Notes: a model not told the origin generated them from the letters alone. A stretch of 64,000 bases of DNA from Octopus vulgaris (GCA_951406725.2 OX597830.1:62310001-62374000), one strand, 5' to 3'; numbered from the stretch's first letter, positions 27,585 to 41,956 are shown. Numbers and translations: made by a program.

Positions 27585-27796
27585 AAATAAAGTTAATCCA
27601 AACAAGAAAGCACAAAAAACACAACAACGCGAGGACGTGGAACAAATTTAGTATTATTGGACGCTCAGGAAAGAAGGAAAGAAGGGGGGTTTAACGTTTC
27701 GAGCGGAGCTCTTCGTCGGAAACATAGGAGAAGGAAAGATCCAGAGAAGGGAAGACAGAGGAAAAAAATCGCCAACGGTACACACGAGGTCACATT

Positions 27797-27800
<4 letters not shown>
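27585..27800 (-). mobile_element. Penelope-type pLTR fragment with HHR motif (27689-27723), flanked by (TA)n
   Basis: Minus strand GTTT-CCGACGA-a-GAGC(tcc)GCTC-GAAA-CG-TT-AAAC; homologous to 56229-56420. Confidence 0.7.
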
Positions 27801-27853
<53 letters not shown>

Positions 27854-29129
27854 AACGCACACCGTTCTTACTTGGACATTTCTGTTCAGCATTCAGTTAA
27901 CTAAATGACCTGTCAGTGTTTCAAGTAAATTTCGATAACGAAGGGCCATAGCAGCTAATGGCTTTTGACGTGCATGTCAGGGAACGGATAGACATAGACA
28001 TTAAGACAACTGTGAACTAATATACGTGGATAGTGTTTCATTAAGATTTTGTTTCTTAGTTGTTTCTTCGCTATGAAACTTTTCTTCTTCCATTGGCATT
28101 GGTTGGAAATCTGTACATTCACATGTAAAACCGCTTCAGGAAACGTAACAGAAAAATCCCAGCCAAGAGATTGAGTTTGGCAATTATATAGCAGAGTATT
28201 ATCTGCTGCTCTGTAAGAAGGGAAAAAATTCCCATAGTTGAACGGCATTTCTTGCGAAAGAAGATCAATTGCTACCAAATTGAGAAAGAAAAAAATTTGA
28301 ACTTGTTATAAAACAAACAGATCACGTTTTTCCCACGATCGCTCACATTCCAAATGCGTAGACATTCCATCATCGTCACTATCATCATCAGCACCAGTGA
28401 TGTATGTCAAACCCTGCAAGAAAATTACGACAGAGAAAGCTTTAAATATAACCCTGTCTTCTAGTTTCTCGGATTTAATGTGAAAATATTTCAGGTAAAA
28501 AAAAAATTCAGTTAAATTAACAAGCAAACAAGAAAACTGTTTATTGTGTCTAACTTTGTTTGTTCTCCGTTGTTGCAGCCATGACAGATTTCTCTTTAAT
28601 TTTAACACTGCTACTTAAACCGATTAAATTTACATATAATTATATAGTAATTTCATTTATATCTTATTATCGGTCTACTAATTTACTAAGGAGAGTTGAA
28701 CAGCAGGTCTTCAAAGTAGTACCCCTCCCTCATGGCCCTTAATTTCTTACAATCTAGCGGGGCGGGACGGGGCGCATCCAGGTCATGATTCTTGGATACC
28801 CCTCTGCCGCCACATTCTGTGGTACAGTTCGCTTTGCAGTCAGCACTTTCCTGGCTGGTCAAGGTACCCCAGATTAAGGTACTGTGGATGCCATAGCCAC
28901 CTCCATCGGAGACACTGGTTCAACGTAGAATGAAATATTTCTACTGGCGTTCACACACACACACACACACAAACACACACACCGCGCGCGCTAGTGCACG
29001 TGGCTATGTGGGTTCAGTCCTACTGCAAGTGCCTTCTACTATAGCTATAAGACACTTGCCCAAAGTGCCGCACAGCGGGACTGAACCCGGAACAATGTGG
29101 TTGAGAAACCAGTTTCTTATCACACAGCC

Positions 29130-29527
29130 GGCGAGCTGGCAGAAACGTTAGTACGCTGGGCGAAATGCTTAGCGGTATTTTGTCTGTCGCTACGTTCTGA
29201 GTTCTAATTCCGCCAAGGTCGACTTTGCCTTTCGTCCTTTCGGGGTCGATTAAATAAGTACCAGTTACGCACTGGGGTCGATATAATCGACTTAATCCGT
29301 GCGTCTGTCCTTGTTTGTGTTCTCTGTGTTTAGCCCCTTGTGGGTAATAAAGAAATATGTATTTCGTCTGTCTTTACATTCTGAGTTCAAATTCCGCCAA
29401 GGTCGACTTTACCTTTCATTCTTTCGGGATCGATAAATTAAGTACCAGTTGCGTACTGGGGTCGATCTAATTGACTGGTCCCCTCCCCCAAAATTTCGAG
29501 CCTTGTGCCTTGAGTAGAAAAGAATAT
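29130..29527 (+). mobile_element. Family B SINE dimer (one head, two bodies)
   Basis: Junction AAAGAAATAT|GTATTTCGTC at ~29350-29368. Confidence 0.9.
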
Positions 29528-29804
29528 ATGTTTGTGTGGAGAGGTATATCCACATACCTCCAGACATTTCATGTTACAACCTACGCGCGAGCGCACACAC
29601 GCGCATATCCACATACAGAGAGAGAGGGGGAGAAAGAGAGAGAGAGAGGGGGGAGATACGTACACGTATACACTCGCTTACATCAACGGGTATGCGTATG
29701 GGTATATGCATGTTTGTACGGCGCGTATATCCACGCGCATGTTCATATACGCGCACGCACACACATTCACACACACAACGGTACCCATACACTCACTCAC
29801 CCGC

Positions 29805-29857
<53 letters not shown>

Positions 29858-29961
29858 CCATTCACTTCCCGCGCTTCCAGTCAAATGGAGTTTTTCTCTC
29901 GTAAAACTTTCTGTGATTACATTTCACCATTCTTCTTCCTAGCAATGTTGTGCCGTTAATA

Positions 29962-30447
29962 GTTACCACCACCACCACCACCACCACCACCACCACTACT
30001 ATTTCTCCTACCCCCTACCATCACTACCCCTACAACCGCCACCATCGCCATCACTGCCGCCATTATCATCACGTTTGCCTTTCCACCACCACCACCACCA
30101 CCATCACCACCACCACCACCACCACCACCACCGGCATAACCATCACTACTACCACCACATCCACCACCATCACCATTACCACTTGTCCATCACTATTGCC
30201 GCCACTAACTCCGTCACCACCGGCACCACCTCCTCACTCTACTACCGCTACTATTGTTACTACTACCACCGTTACCACCACATCCACCACAACCACTTCT
30301 ACCTCCACTACCTGTCCTACACCACAGCTACCGACACTGCTATCATATTTACTTGGCTACTACCACCGCTACCACTACCAACACAACCACCACCACTACT
30401 ACTACTATTACTACTACTACCACTACTACTACTATAGTACTGCTACA

Positions 30448-30478
<31 letters not shown>

Positions 30479-30541
30479 TAGTATTACTACTATAGTACTA
30501 CTACTGCAACCACCACCACTACCACACTCCAAACTCCCACC

Positions 30542-30613
<72 letters not shown>

Positions 30614-31762
30614 GTTACCGGGGTACATCATTGCCGCAACTGTTATTTATTCTTGCTATATAATAGCAACTACAACCGCCACTGCCACAACACACCACCA
30701 CCGCTACAAATACCGTCACGATACCACTAGCACCATATTACATAAATACAACCACCGCCGCAATCACCACCACCACCACCACCACCACCGCCACCACTAC
30801 CAACACCATCATTACCACAACCATCACCACCACCACTATTACTACCACCGCCATCGTTACCACCATCACTACCTCTTCCATTATTTTTCATATTAACACT
30901 ACCTCCAATACTAACTTAACACTGTCCAACTACCACCGCAACCAAAACTATCATTGTACCACCACCACCACCACCGCTACTAACACCGTCACTGTAACAC
31001 TTTCGTTATTTCCCATATCCCTGTGGTACTATCACCATACCACAGCAATGCTACCACTAGCCCCACCACTGTCACAATCATACCACCGCCGCTACTAACA
31101 CCATCACGCTAAACTCCCGCCATCAGTGCTACCGCCACCACGATCACGGTCATACTATCCCTACCACTCTACTACTCCAACCTATACTGCTACCGTAATT
31201 CTAATAATACAATACTACGTCCCTAGCCACCTCTGTACCTTTCCCGCCATTTCTATCACTGCTGCTGAGAACGTTACGATTATTATCACCAGTGTACTGC
31301 CACCACTACTACCACCGAGACTGTATCACCATCACCAAACCACTACTACTACTATACCACTACTCCAATGCCACTGCGACGACCACTGCTACCTACGCTG
31401 CACAACCACTCCCATTACTACTGCTACCCCCACCATTATTACTACAACTACTACTACTACAATTGCCACCAGAATCACTACCTCTATCACCACCACCATC
31501 ACTACCAGCACCAGCATCAATGCTGCCGCCGTCGCCACCATCACCACCACCTCCACTACTACTACCACCAATAACACCACTCCTACCAAAGCTTTCATCA
31601 CTGCCACCATCACCATCAAACCATCACTACCACCACCGAACTACCACTCCACTGCCAATACCATCGACCCTATCAGTGCACCGCCACCACCACCATCGCC
31701 ACTGTACTATCATACCACTTCCATTACCGACGCCAACAGCACCACCAACTCTACCACCACCA
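29962..31762. repeat. 1.8-kb degenerate (ACC/ACT/ATC)n low-complexity tract
   Basis: C/A-rich triplet simplicity on the + strand; frames broken by stops. Confidence 0.9.
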
Positions 31763-31795
31763 TAGATGGAAAGACAAAGAGATTGTAGAGATGGG

Positions 31796-31837
<42 letters not shown>

Positions 31838-33150
31838 CCAAGCTGGGAATGACGTCGCTTCCCGCTGACGCACGGAAGAAGAAAAAATATTACATAAAAA
31901 TCGTAAAAAAACAAAGGCTAAAAATGAAAAAAAATTAGAAAATCAAAAATGAAAAATCTGTAGTGGCAGCCATTTTGTATCTTACTTTATCTTGCTGTCT
32001 CTCATCTCTTTTCTCATTTGTTTATGGTGAAGGAATTTGGTTTCAAGAATGATAGGAACGCCACTGCATTCCGATCGACATACATCGTTCTATTTCCAAA
32101 ATATTTCTTGATATATTTATCTATTTATGTATTTATTGAGGGGGTGGGCAGTAGGATTTATTTACCTATCTCTTCGCGGTGGTGTCTCTTACTGAAAAGT
32201 TAGTTAACATACTTTCTGGGGTTTTCGCCCGTTTTTCTTTCTTTTTTTTTCTTTGTAATATTTTGTGTGTGTGTGGTGGGGGGAGTGTATGGAATTTTTT
32301 TTGTTCAGGTGAAATTTATATGGCCGTGTAGTCAAGCAGCTCATTTTGCAATCACGTGGTTTCAGTTTCAATCCCACTGCACGGTACCTTGGGCAAGTGT
32401 CTTCAGAATGAATTTCGTAGACAGAAGCTGTGGGTTCGTCCCGCTGCGTGGCACCTTGGTCGAGTGTCTTCAACTATAGTCTCGGGCCGACCAAAGCCTT
32501 GTGAGTATATATATATATTTGCATATATTTATGTGAGTGTCTGTGTTTGTCGCTACGCCATCGCCCGACAACCGATGTTGTTGTGTTTACGCCCCCGTAA
32601 CTTAGCGGTTCGGGAAAAGAGACTGATATAATAAGTACTAGAAATATATAAAATCATTATCATCCTTATACCATCCATTGCCACAAAAAATAACTACTAT
32701 ACAATATTCACAAAAACAAAGCAAAAAATAACCTTAAAAACCGATTTCTTCCACCATGAACACTCTTTAAGGCGGTACTCCAGCATGGCCGCTGTCAAAT
32801 GACTGAAGCAAGTAAAATTCAAAAGGACGCACAGGTGGAATGTATTAGCTTCATGCTCAGTATAAAATGGGAAAAGGCGTGTCTGTGTGTAATGTTTCGA
32901 GCATGGCTCTTCGTCAGGAGGAGGAAAAAGGAAAGAGCGGGAGAAGGAGGAAAGACGTCAAAGAAAAGTGAGTATGTGCTTGTATGTATGTTTGTATGCA
33001 TGTCTATGTATATATATGTGTGTGTGTGTGTATGTGTGTGTGTGTATGTATGTATGTATGTATGTATGTATATATAGGCAAATTTGTTGTTGAAAATGCA
33101 CATAAATTTGAAAACTTGTAATTGTTTAAAATAAATTTATTTACAAATAT

Positions 33151-33190
33151 ACCAAACTAGTTTCAGCAATATTTTTTGTTTATCAATGGC
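33151..33190 (-). ncRNA. Degenerate hammerhead motif in the 3' pLTR of the Penelope element
   Basis: Minus strand GCCA-TTGATAA-aCAA(aaaata)TTGc-t-GAAA-CTAG-TT-TGGT; two core substitutions, probably inactive. Confidence 0.5.
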
Positions 33191-33439
33191 AAAAATTTTA
33201 AATTATGAATTAGAAAAACATCTTTAAAACTTTCAATGTTGACAAATTGAAATGTTCATAACAGACAAATTTAGAATTATGAATTAGAAAAACATGTTTA
33301 GAAATTTAGATGATGACAAATTTAAATGTTCGTAACAGTCAATAATATTAAAATTGTGCATCAATTTGTTTGAAAATACAAAGCAAACGGAATTGGGTTG
33401 AAGTGTTTCCGGTGCATTGATTGAGAGGGAAGATTTGGT

Positions 33440-34230
33440 ATTTCGGGTTCATGTTTCCGGTGTTTGCTTACGGGAATTTTCCTAGTCGTGGGGTCCCGGA
33501 TTTATTGCCTGTGCACCGTTAGTCTGTCCCTCAAGGTTAAGCTAGTTTGACCTATATAGTCTCCGCCACACCTTCCATATTTGAGAACATAGATTGAGTT
33601 CTTCGAAGCACAGGTGAAGTCATATTTTATGGTAAAGGTTTGACCCGACTTAAATATGTACGTTGAGCCCTCTAAGAGGAAGATGCAAGTTCCGCAGTTA
33701 GGGCGGTTGCACTTTTTGATTAGTGGGGTTGTATTTTTGGTAAGTAATTTGGCACTGGTGAGTAACCTTTTTACGGATTGCGGTTGTCTCTTGCTTTTAA
33801 TAATCTTATGTGTTTCCAGTGCCTTTTTCATTTGCAGGTCCTTCATAAGGATGGGTATGTTTTGGTGGATGATGTTGTATGCATCCATATTCCACGGATT
33901 GTGTATTGATACGTAAGATAAAGTTTTAAGTGTGTCATGGTGTTTTCTTCTTTTCCGTAACTCTTGGATGTCTATCATTTTTGCACGTTCTATTCCGTTT
34001 TTGATTAGACTGGCTGGGTATTTTCTATCTAGTAATTTGTTTTTACGTTCTTGGAGTCGCTTTTCTCGGGTTTCGGGATTTAATGAAATCGTGCAAATTC
34101 TTCTCGCTAAGTTAAACGGTATATTTATTTTAGTATGTTTTGGGTGGCAGGAGGAGAATAGAAGATAGTGTCTGGAGTCCGTTGGTTTGAAGATGTTGGT
34201 TTCAATTTCAGTATCTCTTTTTAAGAAGCA
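33440..34230 (-). mobile_element. Penelope-like element ORF fragment: RT thumb, Cys linker and GIY-YIG endonuclease (5' truncated, in-frame stop at 33502)
   Basis: [53 protein letters not shown]...YIGQT...RLTVH. Confidence 0.93.
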
Positions 34231-34287
34231 TAAAATAATAGATGAAAATATAGATTTTGGATGGCAAACCAACACATACATACCTAT

Positions 34288-34790
<503 letters not shown>

Positions 34791-35811
34791 TATATATGTA
34801 TATGTTTGTATGTATGTATTTATGTATATTATATATATATATGTATTTATATATATGTATATATATGTGTATGTGTATATATATATATATATGTGTGTGT
34901 GTATGTGTATATGTATATGTGTGTGTGTGTTTGTGTCTGTTGTGTGTGTGTTTAATAGAATGAAAGATCCATATCTTGATTCTAATTCGCAACAGAAGCT
35001 GTTTCTGTTCCTATTTCGCCTTCTTACATTTACTCAGAAATCCTTTGGGAGTATATATGAACGCAAAGTCATTTCATATTCTGTGTTTCAGGAAGAAAAA
35101 TAAAAACAACAGCAAAAAAAAAAAAACAACAACAACCTTGTCTTTATGTTAAAAATCAATATACTTTGAAATATTTTGCTGTTTGCACTGTTATCTCTGC
35201 ATTTATTTTGTATCAATATTTCGCAACTTCACTAAACTGCAGCGAATCCATTTTCTTCTACGAAGATAAATAATGAAAAACTCATTCCCTTGTCATTTCC
35301 ACAATATCTGTGATAGTTTGGTCCTCTTTTCCTTCTTTTCAATATACATGGTTTTCTGCTTATGCTTAAGAGGGAAAAAAATCAATAATTTTTCTCTAAA
35401 ATATTATCAGCATTTCTTAAACCAATATAATTTTCTCAGTATCTCTTCTGCGATATACTGTTAGCATTTCTGGCACCGGTTGATTGTTTCTCTATCTGCC
35501 GATCTCAATACGCTAATCCAATCATTTATAGAGATGGCAGAATCGTTAGAACCTTTGCGAAGATTCCGTATGCCATTTGTACCGGCGCTTTTCACTGTGA
35601 GTTCAAATCCTGTCACGTTCAATTTTTCGTTTTATTTTTCTGAGGTTCATAAATAGTTCTTATTTTAGTGGGAGAGGGGCTATGTCGAGTACATCAACGT
35701 TTATCTTAAAGACCCCCAAAAGAATGAAAGGAAAGTTAACCTCAGCAAGATTTGAGTCGTTGAGCTTTTCGTTCCAGTCGCAATGTATACATGTGTGTGT
35801 GTGTGTGTAAA

Positions 35812-36154
35812 AAGGGTAAAGACCCCCTTCGGTCATGAATGACCATGGGGTTGCACCTAGAAAGTAATCATCCAGGCACAAGTCCGGGTAAGGTTGTTTA
35901 TGGAAGACCAGCAGTCGCCCATGCACAACAGCCTTCACTCTCCACACCACTAATATTATCCAAGGGAAAGGCAAAGGTCCGATGCAGCTTGGCACCAGTG
36001 ACGTCGCAGCTCATTTCTAGGGCTGAGTTAACTGGAGCAACGTGAAATAAAGTGTCTTGCTCAAGCACGCAACACACAGCCCGGTCCGGGAATCGAACTC
36101 ACTACCTCATGATTGTGAGCCCGACGCTCTAACCACTGAGCCATTCGCCCTCAC
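35812..36154 (-). mobile_element. SINE head H1 with tail T3
   Basis: Tail GACCCCCTTCGGTCATGAATGACCATGGG.. shared with 50892, 56970 and 57295 copies. Confidence 0.88.
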
Positions 36155-36181
36155 AAATGTATGTATGTATGTATGTGTGTA

Positions 36182-36325
<144 letters not shown>

Positions 36326-36444
36326 GCTGAGAGTTTTCAAGCTCTCGCTTATCAGTGATGTTTGAGTCTCTGAGCATTTCGTTCGAATCGTGAATGATTT
36401 TGCCACCTCACCTCCTTTTGGGGTTGATAAATTATTATTCTTTT

Positions 36445-36471
36445 CTCACCCCACCCCCCTCACACACATAC

Positions 36472-36519
<48 letters not shown>

Positions 36520-36686
36520 TTTCTCTCTCCCTTCCTGAGACCTAGAGTGGACTCTTATCTCCTGATAGAATCGAAAGAGCGCCGTCGTGACACACAGACG
36601 GCGTGTCCCGACCAGTCTAAGTTTGGTGGAGACCATTCCACTCTCGGTCTCAGGTATGTGTGTGTGTGAGAGAGGGGGGTGGGTGG
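36445..36686. repeat. Nested inverted repeat enclosing a multi-hairpin core
   Basis: CCTGAGACCTAGAGTGGA (36534-36551) / TCCACTCTCGGTCTCAGG (36637-36654), 17 of 18 paired; outer CACCCCCCT-CACACACATA / TATGTGTGTG..AGGGGGGTG. Confidence 0.75.
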
Positions 36687-37211
36687 TAAAACTGCAATTT
36701 TGTTCTGTTTTCTTTTCCTTTTGTAGTTTACTTTGTACCTTCTCGTATTGTTCCGGCTTTACACAACTACATTCTTTAATACACACACACACGCACTCAC
36801 ACACACACACACGCACCTATACATACATACATACATGCATACATACATACATACATACATACATACATACATACATACATGCATACATACATACATACAT
36901 ACATGCATACATACATACATACATACATACATACATACATACATACATACATACATACATACATACATACATACATCATACATACATACATACATCATAC
37001 ATACATACATCCACCCATCCATCCATCCATGCATACATGCATACATACATACATACATACATACATACATACATACATACATACATACATACATACATAC
37101 ATACATACATGCATGCATGCATACATACGAGGAGAGAATGAAAAAGAGAGAGAGTGAATGTAGAAATAGAGACCACTTGTATACTTTTGTGTCTAGAGAT
37201 CGAAGTATGTG

Positions 37212-37260
<49 letters not shown>

Positions 37261-37696
37261 AAGAGAAAGGGATGCATATGTGTGTAAGAAACATGGCGTC
37301 AGCGCTGTGGTAAAAAAAAAACCAATGAAATGGAAGCGAACAAAAGCTACAAAAGTATAAATGAAGGAAGAATAATTAGCTAATTAGCTAATGGTTAGTT
37401 AATAAATAACGGTAAACAAATAGACCCGCTGAGACATGTTTAACGGCAGAAATGATGAAACAGGTAGTTTGGTCTCGGATTAGTTTGGTCTCGATGAGGT
37501 AGGCGTGGAGTGGATAGGCACGGCAAATGTGAACTTTTTGTTGAAAACAATAACGTCCTGGTTATTGTCGTTATTGTTGTTGATGCTGCTGTTGTTGACA
37601 TCTTTATTGTTGTATTTATTGTTTGTAACTGTTTTGTTTTTTAATTAGTGTTGTTGTTGTTAATGTATTTATTGTTATTATTATTATTATTATTAA

Positions 37697-38043
37697 AGGA
37701 AGTTGAGGGTCGAGAGGGAAGTGTTGCCTTGTAGCAAGTTTGTTGAAAGGTGGGTGAAAGTTGGAAGCATGGCCAGTGTGAAAGGATCAATTCTGAGCGT
37801 GCAACTGTAAAAAAAGGAGAAGGGCTCTTGCCCTGTTGTTCAGGCACCCGTGGCTTTTGTGGGTTTTTTCCACGAGGACCTTAAAGCGCCTCCCCTACTG
37901 GGAGTTTTTAATTCGTTCAATTTTTATTGTTATTACATTGTGAACACGCGAAAACCCATTGTATCGTCCTGTTTTTGTCTTTATGTTATTGTATGTCTCT
38001 TAATGTAATTTTATGTGAGTCCTTGTGGCCAATACAAGAATAA
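37697..38043 (+). mobile_element. Tx1/L1-like LINE 3' end within (ATT)n
   Basis: KLRVEREVLPCSKFVERWVKV..SVQL*; 3' UTR ending CCTTGTGGCCAATACAAGAAT related to 1571-1800; (ATT)n on both sides. Confidence 0.65.
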
Positions 38044-38106
<63 letters not shown>

Positions 38107-38118
38107 TATTATTATTAT

Positions 38119-38244
38119 TCAGTAGTTTTATTTTTATAGCGTGCTTTCACTTCACTACCAAGCGCAGCTCTGTGTGCCTTGGGTATGTGCTGTGATTTGT
38201 TGTGATGCTCTGATGGTTACTGTATTGAAAGTGTTCTGCGTGGG

Positions 38245-38245
<1 letters not shown>
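38119..38245 (-). mobile_element. R4/Dong-like RLE LINE extreme 3' end within (ATT)n
   Basis: Minus strand I.RRTLSIQ* then short UTR; (ATT)n on both sides. Confidence 0.55.
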
Positions 38246-38330
<85 letters not shown>

Positions 38331-38501
38331 CGTCGTTATGACGGCAAGCTGACAGAATCGTTAGTAAGTACACCGGACAAAATGTTTCGTTCAAACTTCT
38401 GGGGTCGATAAAATAAGTACCATTTGAACACTGGGGTTGATTTAATCGACTCATTCCCCCCCTCTCAGAAAAACTGCTGCCCTTGTGGAAAAATTTGAAA
38501 C

Positions 38502-38589
<88 letters not shown>

Positions 38590-38597
38590 GTTGTTAA

Positions 38598-38663
<66 letters not shown>

Positions 38664-38672
38664 TACTATTAC

Positions 38673-38729
<57 letters not shown>

Positions 38730-39034
38730 CATTATAATTATTATTGTTAATATTATTTTTATTATTATTATACTCGTTAAAGCGGCGTGTTGGCAGAATC
38801 ATTTCATTAGCGCATCAGACAAAATGCTTCGACCGTCTTTACGTTCTGAGTTCTAATTCCGACTTTGCCTTTCATCCTTTCGGGGCGGATAAAAAAAAGT
38901 ACCAGTCAAGTACTGGGGTTGATATAAACGAGTAGTCCCCCTCCCCTCAAAAACTACAGATTCTGTGCCAAAATTTGTACCGATTATTATTGGTAGTGGT
39001 GGTTATTATTGCTGTTGTCGATGTTATTCTTTAT

Positions 39035-39248
39035 ATTCTTTACTACCCACAAGGGGCTAAACATACAGAGGGGACAAACAAGGACAGACAAAGGGATTAA
39101 GTCGATTACATCGACCCCAGTGCGTAACTTGTACTTTAATCGACCCCGAAAGGATGAAAGGCTAAGTCGATCTCGGCAGAATTTGAACTCAGAATGTAAG
39201 ACGAAATACTGCTAAGCATTTCGCCCGGCGTCCTAACGTTTCTGCCAG
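39035..39248 (-). mobile_element. SINE family B
   Basis: Family match. Confidence 0.88.
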
Positions 39249-40267
39249 TTGTTGATGTTGTTGTTAGTGCGGCTGCCATGACCAATGCTATTGTCGTCGT
39301 CGTCGTCGTCGTCGTCGTCGTGGTTGTTGTTATTTTTGTTGTTGCCGCTGCTCTTGTTCTTATTATTCAAGTTACAACACGAATACTTCCTTTCAAAACC
39401 AATAAATTGCTATGATACAGGAGCACAATAGCAATTTCACATTTCCTTCCAATATTTCCGCCTTTGGTCGCCATTTTTATATAAACATGGCCTTTTGTAT
39501 CAAACATTCCTCTAAGAAAACCTTTTACGAGAACGCCGACATCTTTTAACACTGCACACCACAACAACACTATCGCCTCTACTGTACTCTCCTGCTCCGT
39601 ACTCTATTGTTCGTTATACTGCACACCACTACGTTGTTCTATATTACACTATACTGTACTCTTCTACAACACTCTGTACTCTGTTCTCCTGTACTCTGTT
39701 CTACTGTACTCTGCTCTACTATATTATATTACTAGCTGGGCCCGTGAAAAATTCACTGAAAACATTAAAAATGTAAGCATCAGTAAACAGTGTACTGGTG
39801 CCATGAGAAATGTTTGTATATTATGACCGTCTGTCTTTACGTTCTGAGATCAAATTCTGCCGAGGTCGAATTTGCCTTTCGCCCTTTTGTGCTTGATAAA
39901 TTAAGTACTAGTTGTGTACTGGGGGTCTATCTAATCAACTGCCCCCCTTCCCCACGAAAATTTCGGGCCTAGGAAAAGTATATTGTGACAGTTACAGAAT
40001 ATAGAAAGTAATGTAGCACCAATGACTATATAATCCAACCGAAATATCTCAGTTTCACAAACGTGAAAGGAATTATTATTTAACCTTAAAATACATCGTA
40101 CATATTCAAAGAACCTTCTTGGTTTAGTGGTACGGAAGGTTCTTCTGGTATTCTTGTACTTCTTTCAGTTATTTGACGGTGGCCATGCTAGAGCACCGCC
40201 CTTTAGTCGAAGAAATTGACCTCAGGACTTATTCCCATCTAAGCCTGGTGCTTATTCTATGATGTAT

Positions 40268-40469
40268 ATTTGTTTCAGTCATTTGACTGCGGCCATGCTG
40301 GAGCACCGCCTTTAGTTGAGCAAATCGACCCCAGGACTTATTCTTTGTAAGCCTAGTACTTATTCTGTTGGACTCTCTTGCCGAACCGCTAAGTGACGGG
40401 GACGTAAACACATTCGCATCGGTTGTCGAGCGATGTTGGGGGGGACAAACACAGACACAGACACAAACA

Positions 40470-40510
<41 letters not shown>

Positions 40511-40685
40511 ACACATATTTCTATATATACGACGGGTTTTTTTCAGTTTCCAAATTCACTCACAAGGCTTTAGTCGGCCCGAGGCTATAGTAGAAGACAC
40601 TTGCCCAAGGTACTACGCAGTGCGACTGAACACGGGACCATGTGGTTGATAAGCATGCTACTTACCACACATCCACTCCTGCGTC
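40268..40685 (-). mobile_element. SINE family A (extra partial right arm at 40150-40260)
   Basis: Family match. Confidence 0.88.
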
Positions 40686-40816
40686 TATGAAATTATATAT
40701 GGTTGGCTCGTTTTCAGTTCTGTTCTATCCCTAAACAAAACTTTTATGCATGTAAAGGGTACAGTCATTAGGAAACCCGAAGAAAAAAAGTCACAAAATC
40801 TGAAAGACGTCTTAAA

Positions 40817-41065
40817 GGATTATCCACTGTATGATTTAACAGTCTCCGGATAATCCACTTAGAAACACGGCTTGACTAGGATAATCCACTTGGCAACATG
40901 GGTTGACTAAATTCTCCTGAAAATCCATTTGGAAGTTTGGATTGACTAAACAGTGCCCTTACGGATATTCCACTTGAAAACATGGGTTGGTTAACAGACT
41001 CCTAATTCTACTTGAGAATTTGGCATAAATTAAAAGGATCCTGGCGATCTAGTTGAGAGAACTTG
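40817..41065. repeat. Degenerate 31-45-bp minisatellite GGATAATCCACTTG.AAACATGGGTTGACTAA x~7
   Basis: Units start near 40817, 40848, 40879, 40918, 40963 and 41003. Confidence 0.75.
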
Positions 41066-41439
41066 TGACGTAACAGATCAGAACAGGATGAGGAACGCTT
41101 GCAACATTGGTTGATGACTGGTATTTAAATTAGAACGGATGAACGTTGTTGTGCCATCGTGAAATGAAGCTAGTATTACCGACTTGAATAAATCATGAAA
41201 TCTGGTCATGTCGCAGAAATTTGGTTCCGAGAGAGAACCAAAATAAATCTGAAGTGACTAACACGATAATTTTAAAATTTAATTAGAAATAATTAATTTC
41301 GTGTCTGTTTGTATCCTGTTTACTAATTGACGCTATAATATTGTCGACCTATTTAATTAATGTCTTGTGAAGGCGCGTGGCATAAAGGCTTGAGTGTCTG
41401 GCTCACGACTCTTAAAGCGGTGGAATCGATTGGTGCAAG

Positions 41440-41795
41440 CCTGACTGTGTGGTAAGAAGCCTACTTCCCAACCACATGGTTCCGGGTTCGATCAAACTGT
41501 GTAGCACTTCGGGCAGGTGTCTTCTGCTATAGCCTCGACCCGACCAAAGCCTTGTGAGTGGATTGGTAGATGGAAACTGAAAGAAGCCCGTCGTATATAA
41601 ACATTATATATGTGCGTGCGCGGGCGCGTGTCTTTGACAATCGGTATTGGTCTACGTCCCCATAACGTAGCGGTTCGGCAAAATTGACCGATAGACAAGG
41701 CTTCAAAATAAAAAGTAGTGGGGTCAATTCATTCGTCTAAAAATTCTTCAAGGCGGTGCCCCAGCATGGCCGTAGTCAAATGACTGAAACAAGTA
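41440..41795 (+). mobile_element. SINE family A, diverged
   Basis: Family match. Confidence 0.85.
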
Positions 41796-41882
41796 GTGGT
41801 GGGAAATGATTCTTAGACTGGGCTTGTGGTGCGTTTTATCTTTGACCAATACGCTTCTTTTCGCATCAGATTTCTCTTTCAG

Positions 41883-41956
41883 TTGAAAATTTACATCGGC
41901 GACAACTCGGTGCGAATTTTTAGCTTTGTGACGCTCTGGCACCTCACCTTTAAAGG
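41883..41956 (+). other. Candidate internal exon (74 nt; probably 5' UTR)
   Basis: Acceptor TTTCTCTTTCAG| and consensus donor AGG|GTAAGT in unique sequence; one open frame LKIYIGDNSVRIFSFVTLWHLTFK with no recognisable homology. Confidence 0.45.

Noticed and set aside
29950-31788. Thr/Pro-rich mucin-like ORFs
   Set aside because: They are degenerate triplet repeats with overlapping ORFs in several frames, interrupting stops and no signal peptide or convincing splice sites
40817-41065. CRISPR array
   Set aside because: Eukaryotic context, non-identical repeats, mutually related spacers and no cas genes
41110-41252. C/D-box snoRNA (TGATGA...CTGA)
   Set aside because: No terminal stem or recognisable guide; motif pair is expected by chance
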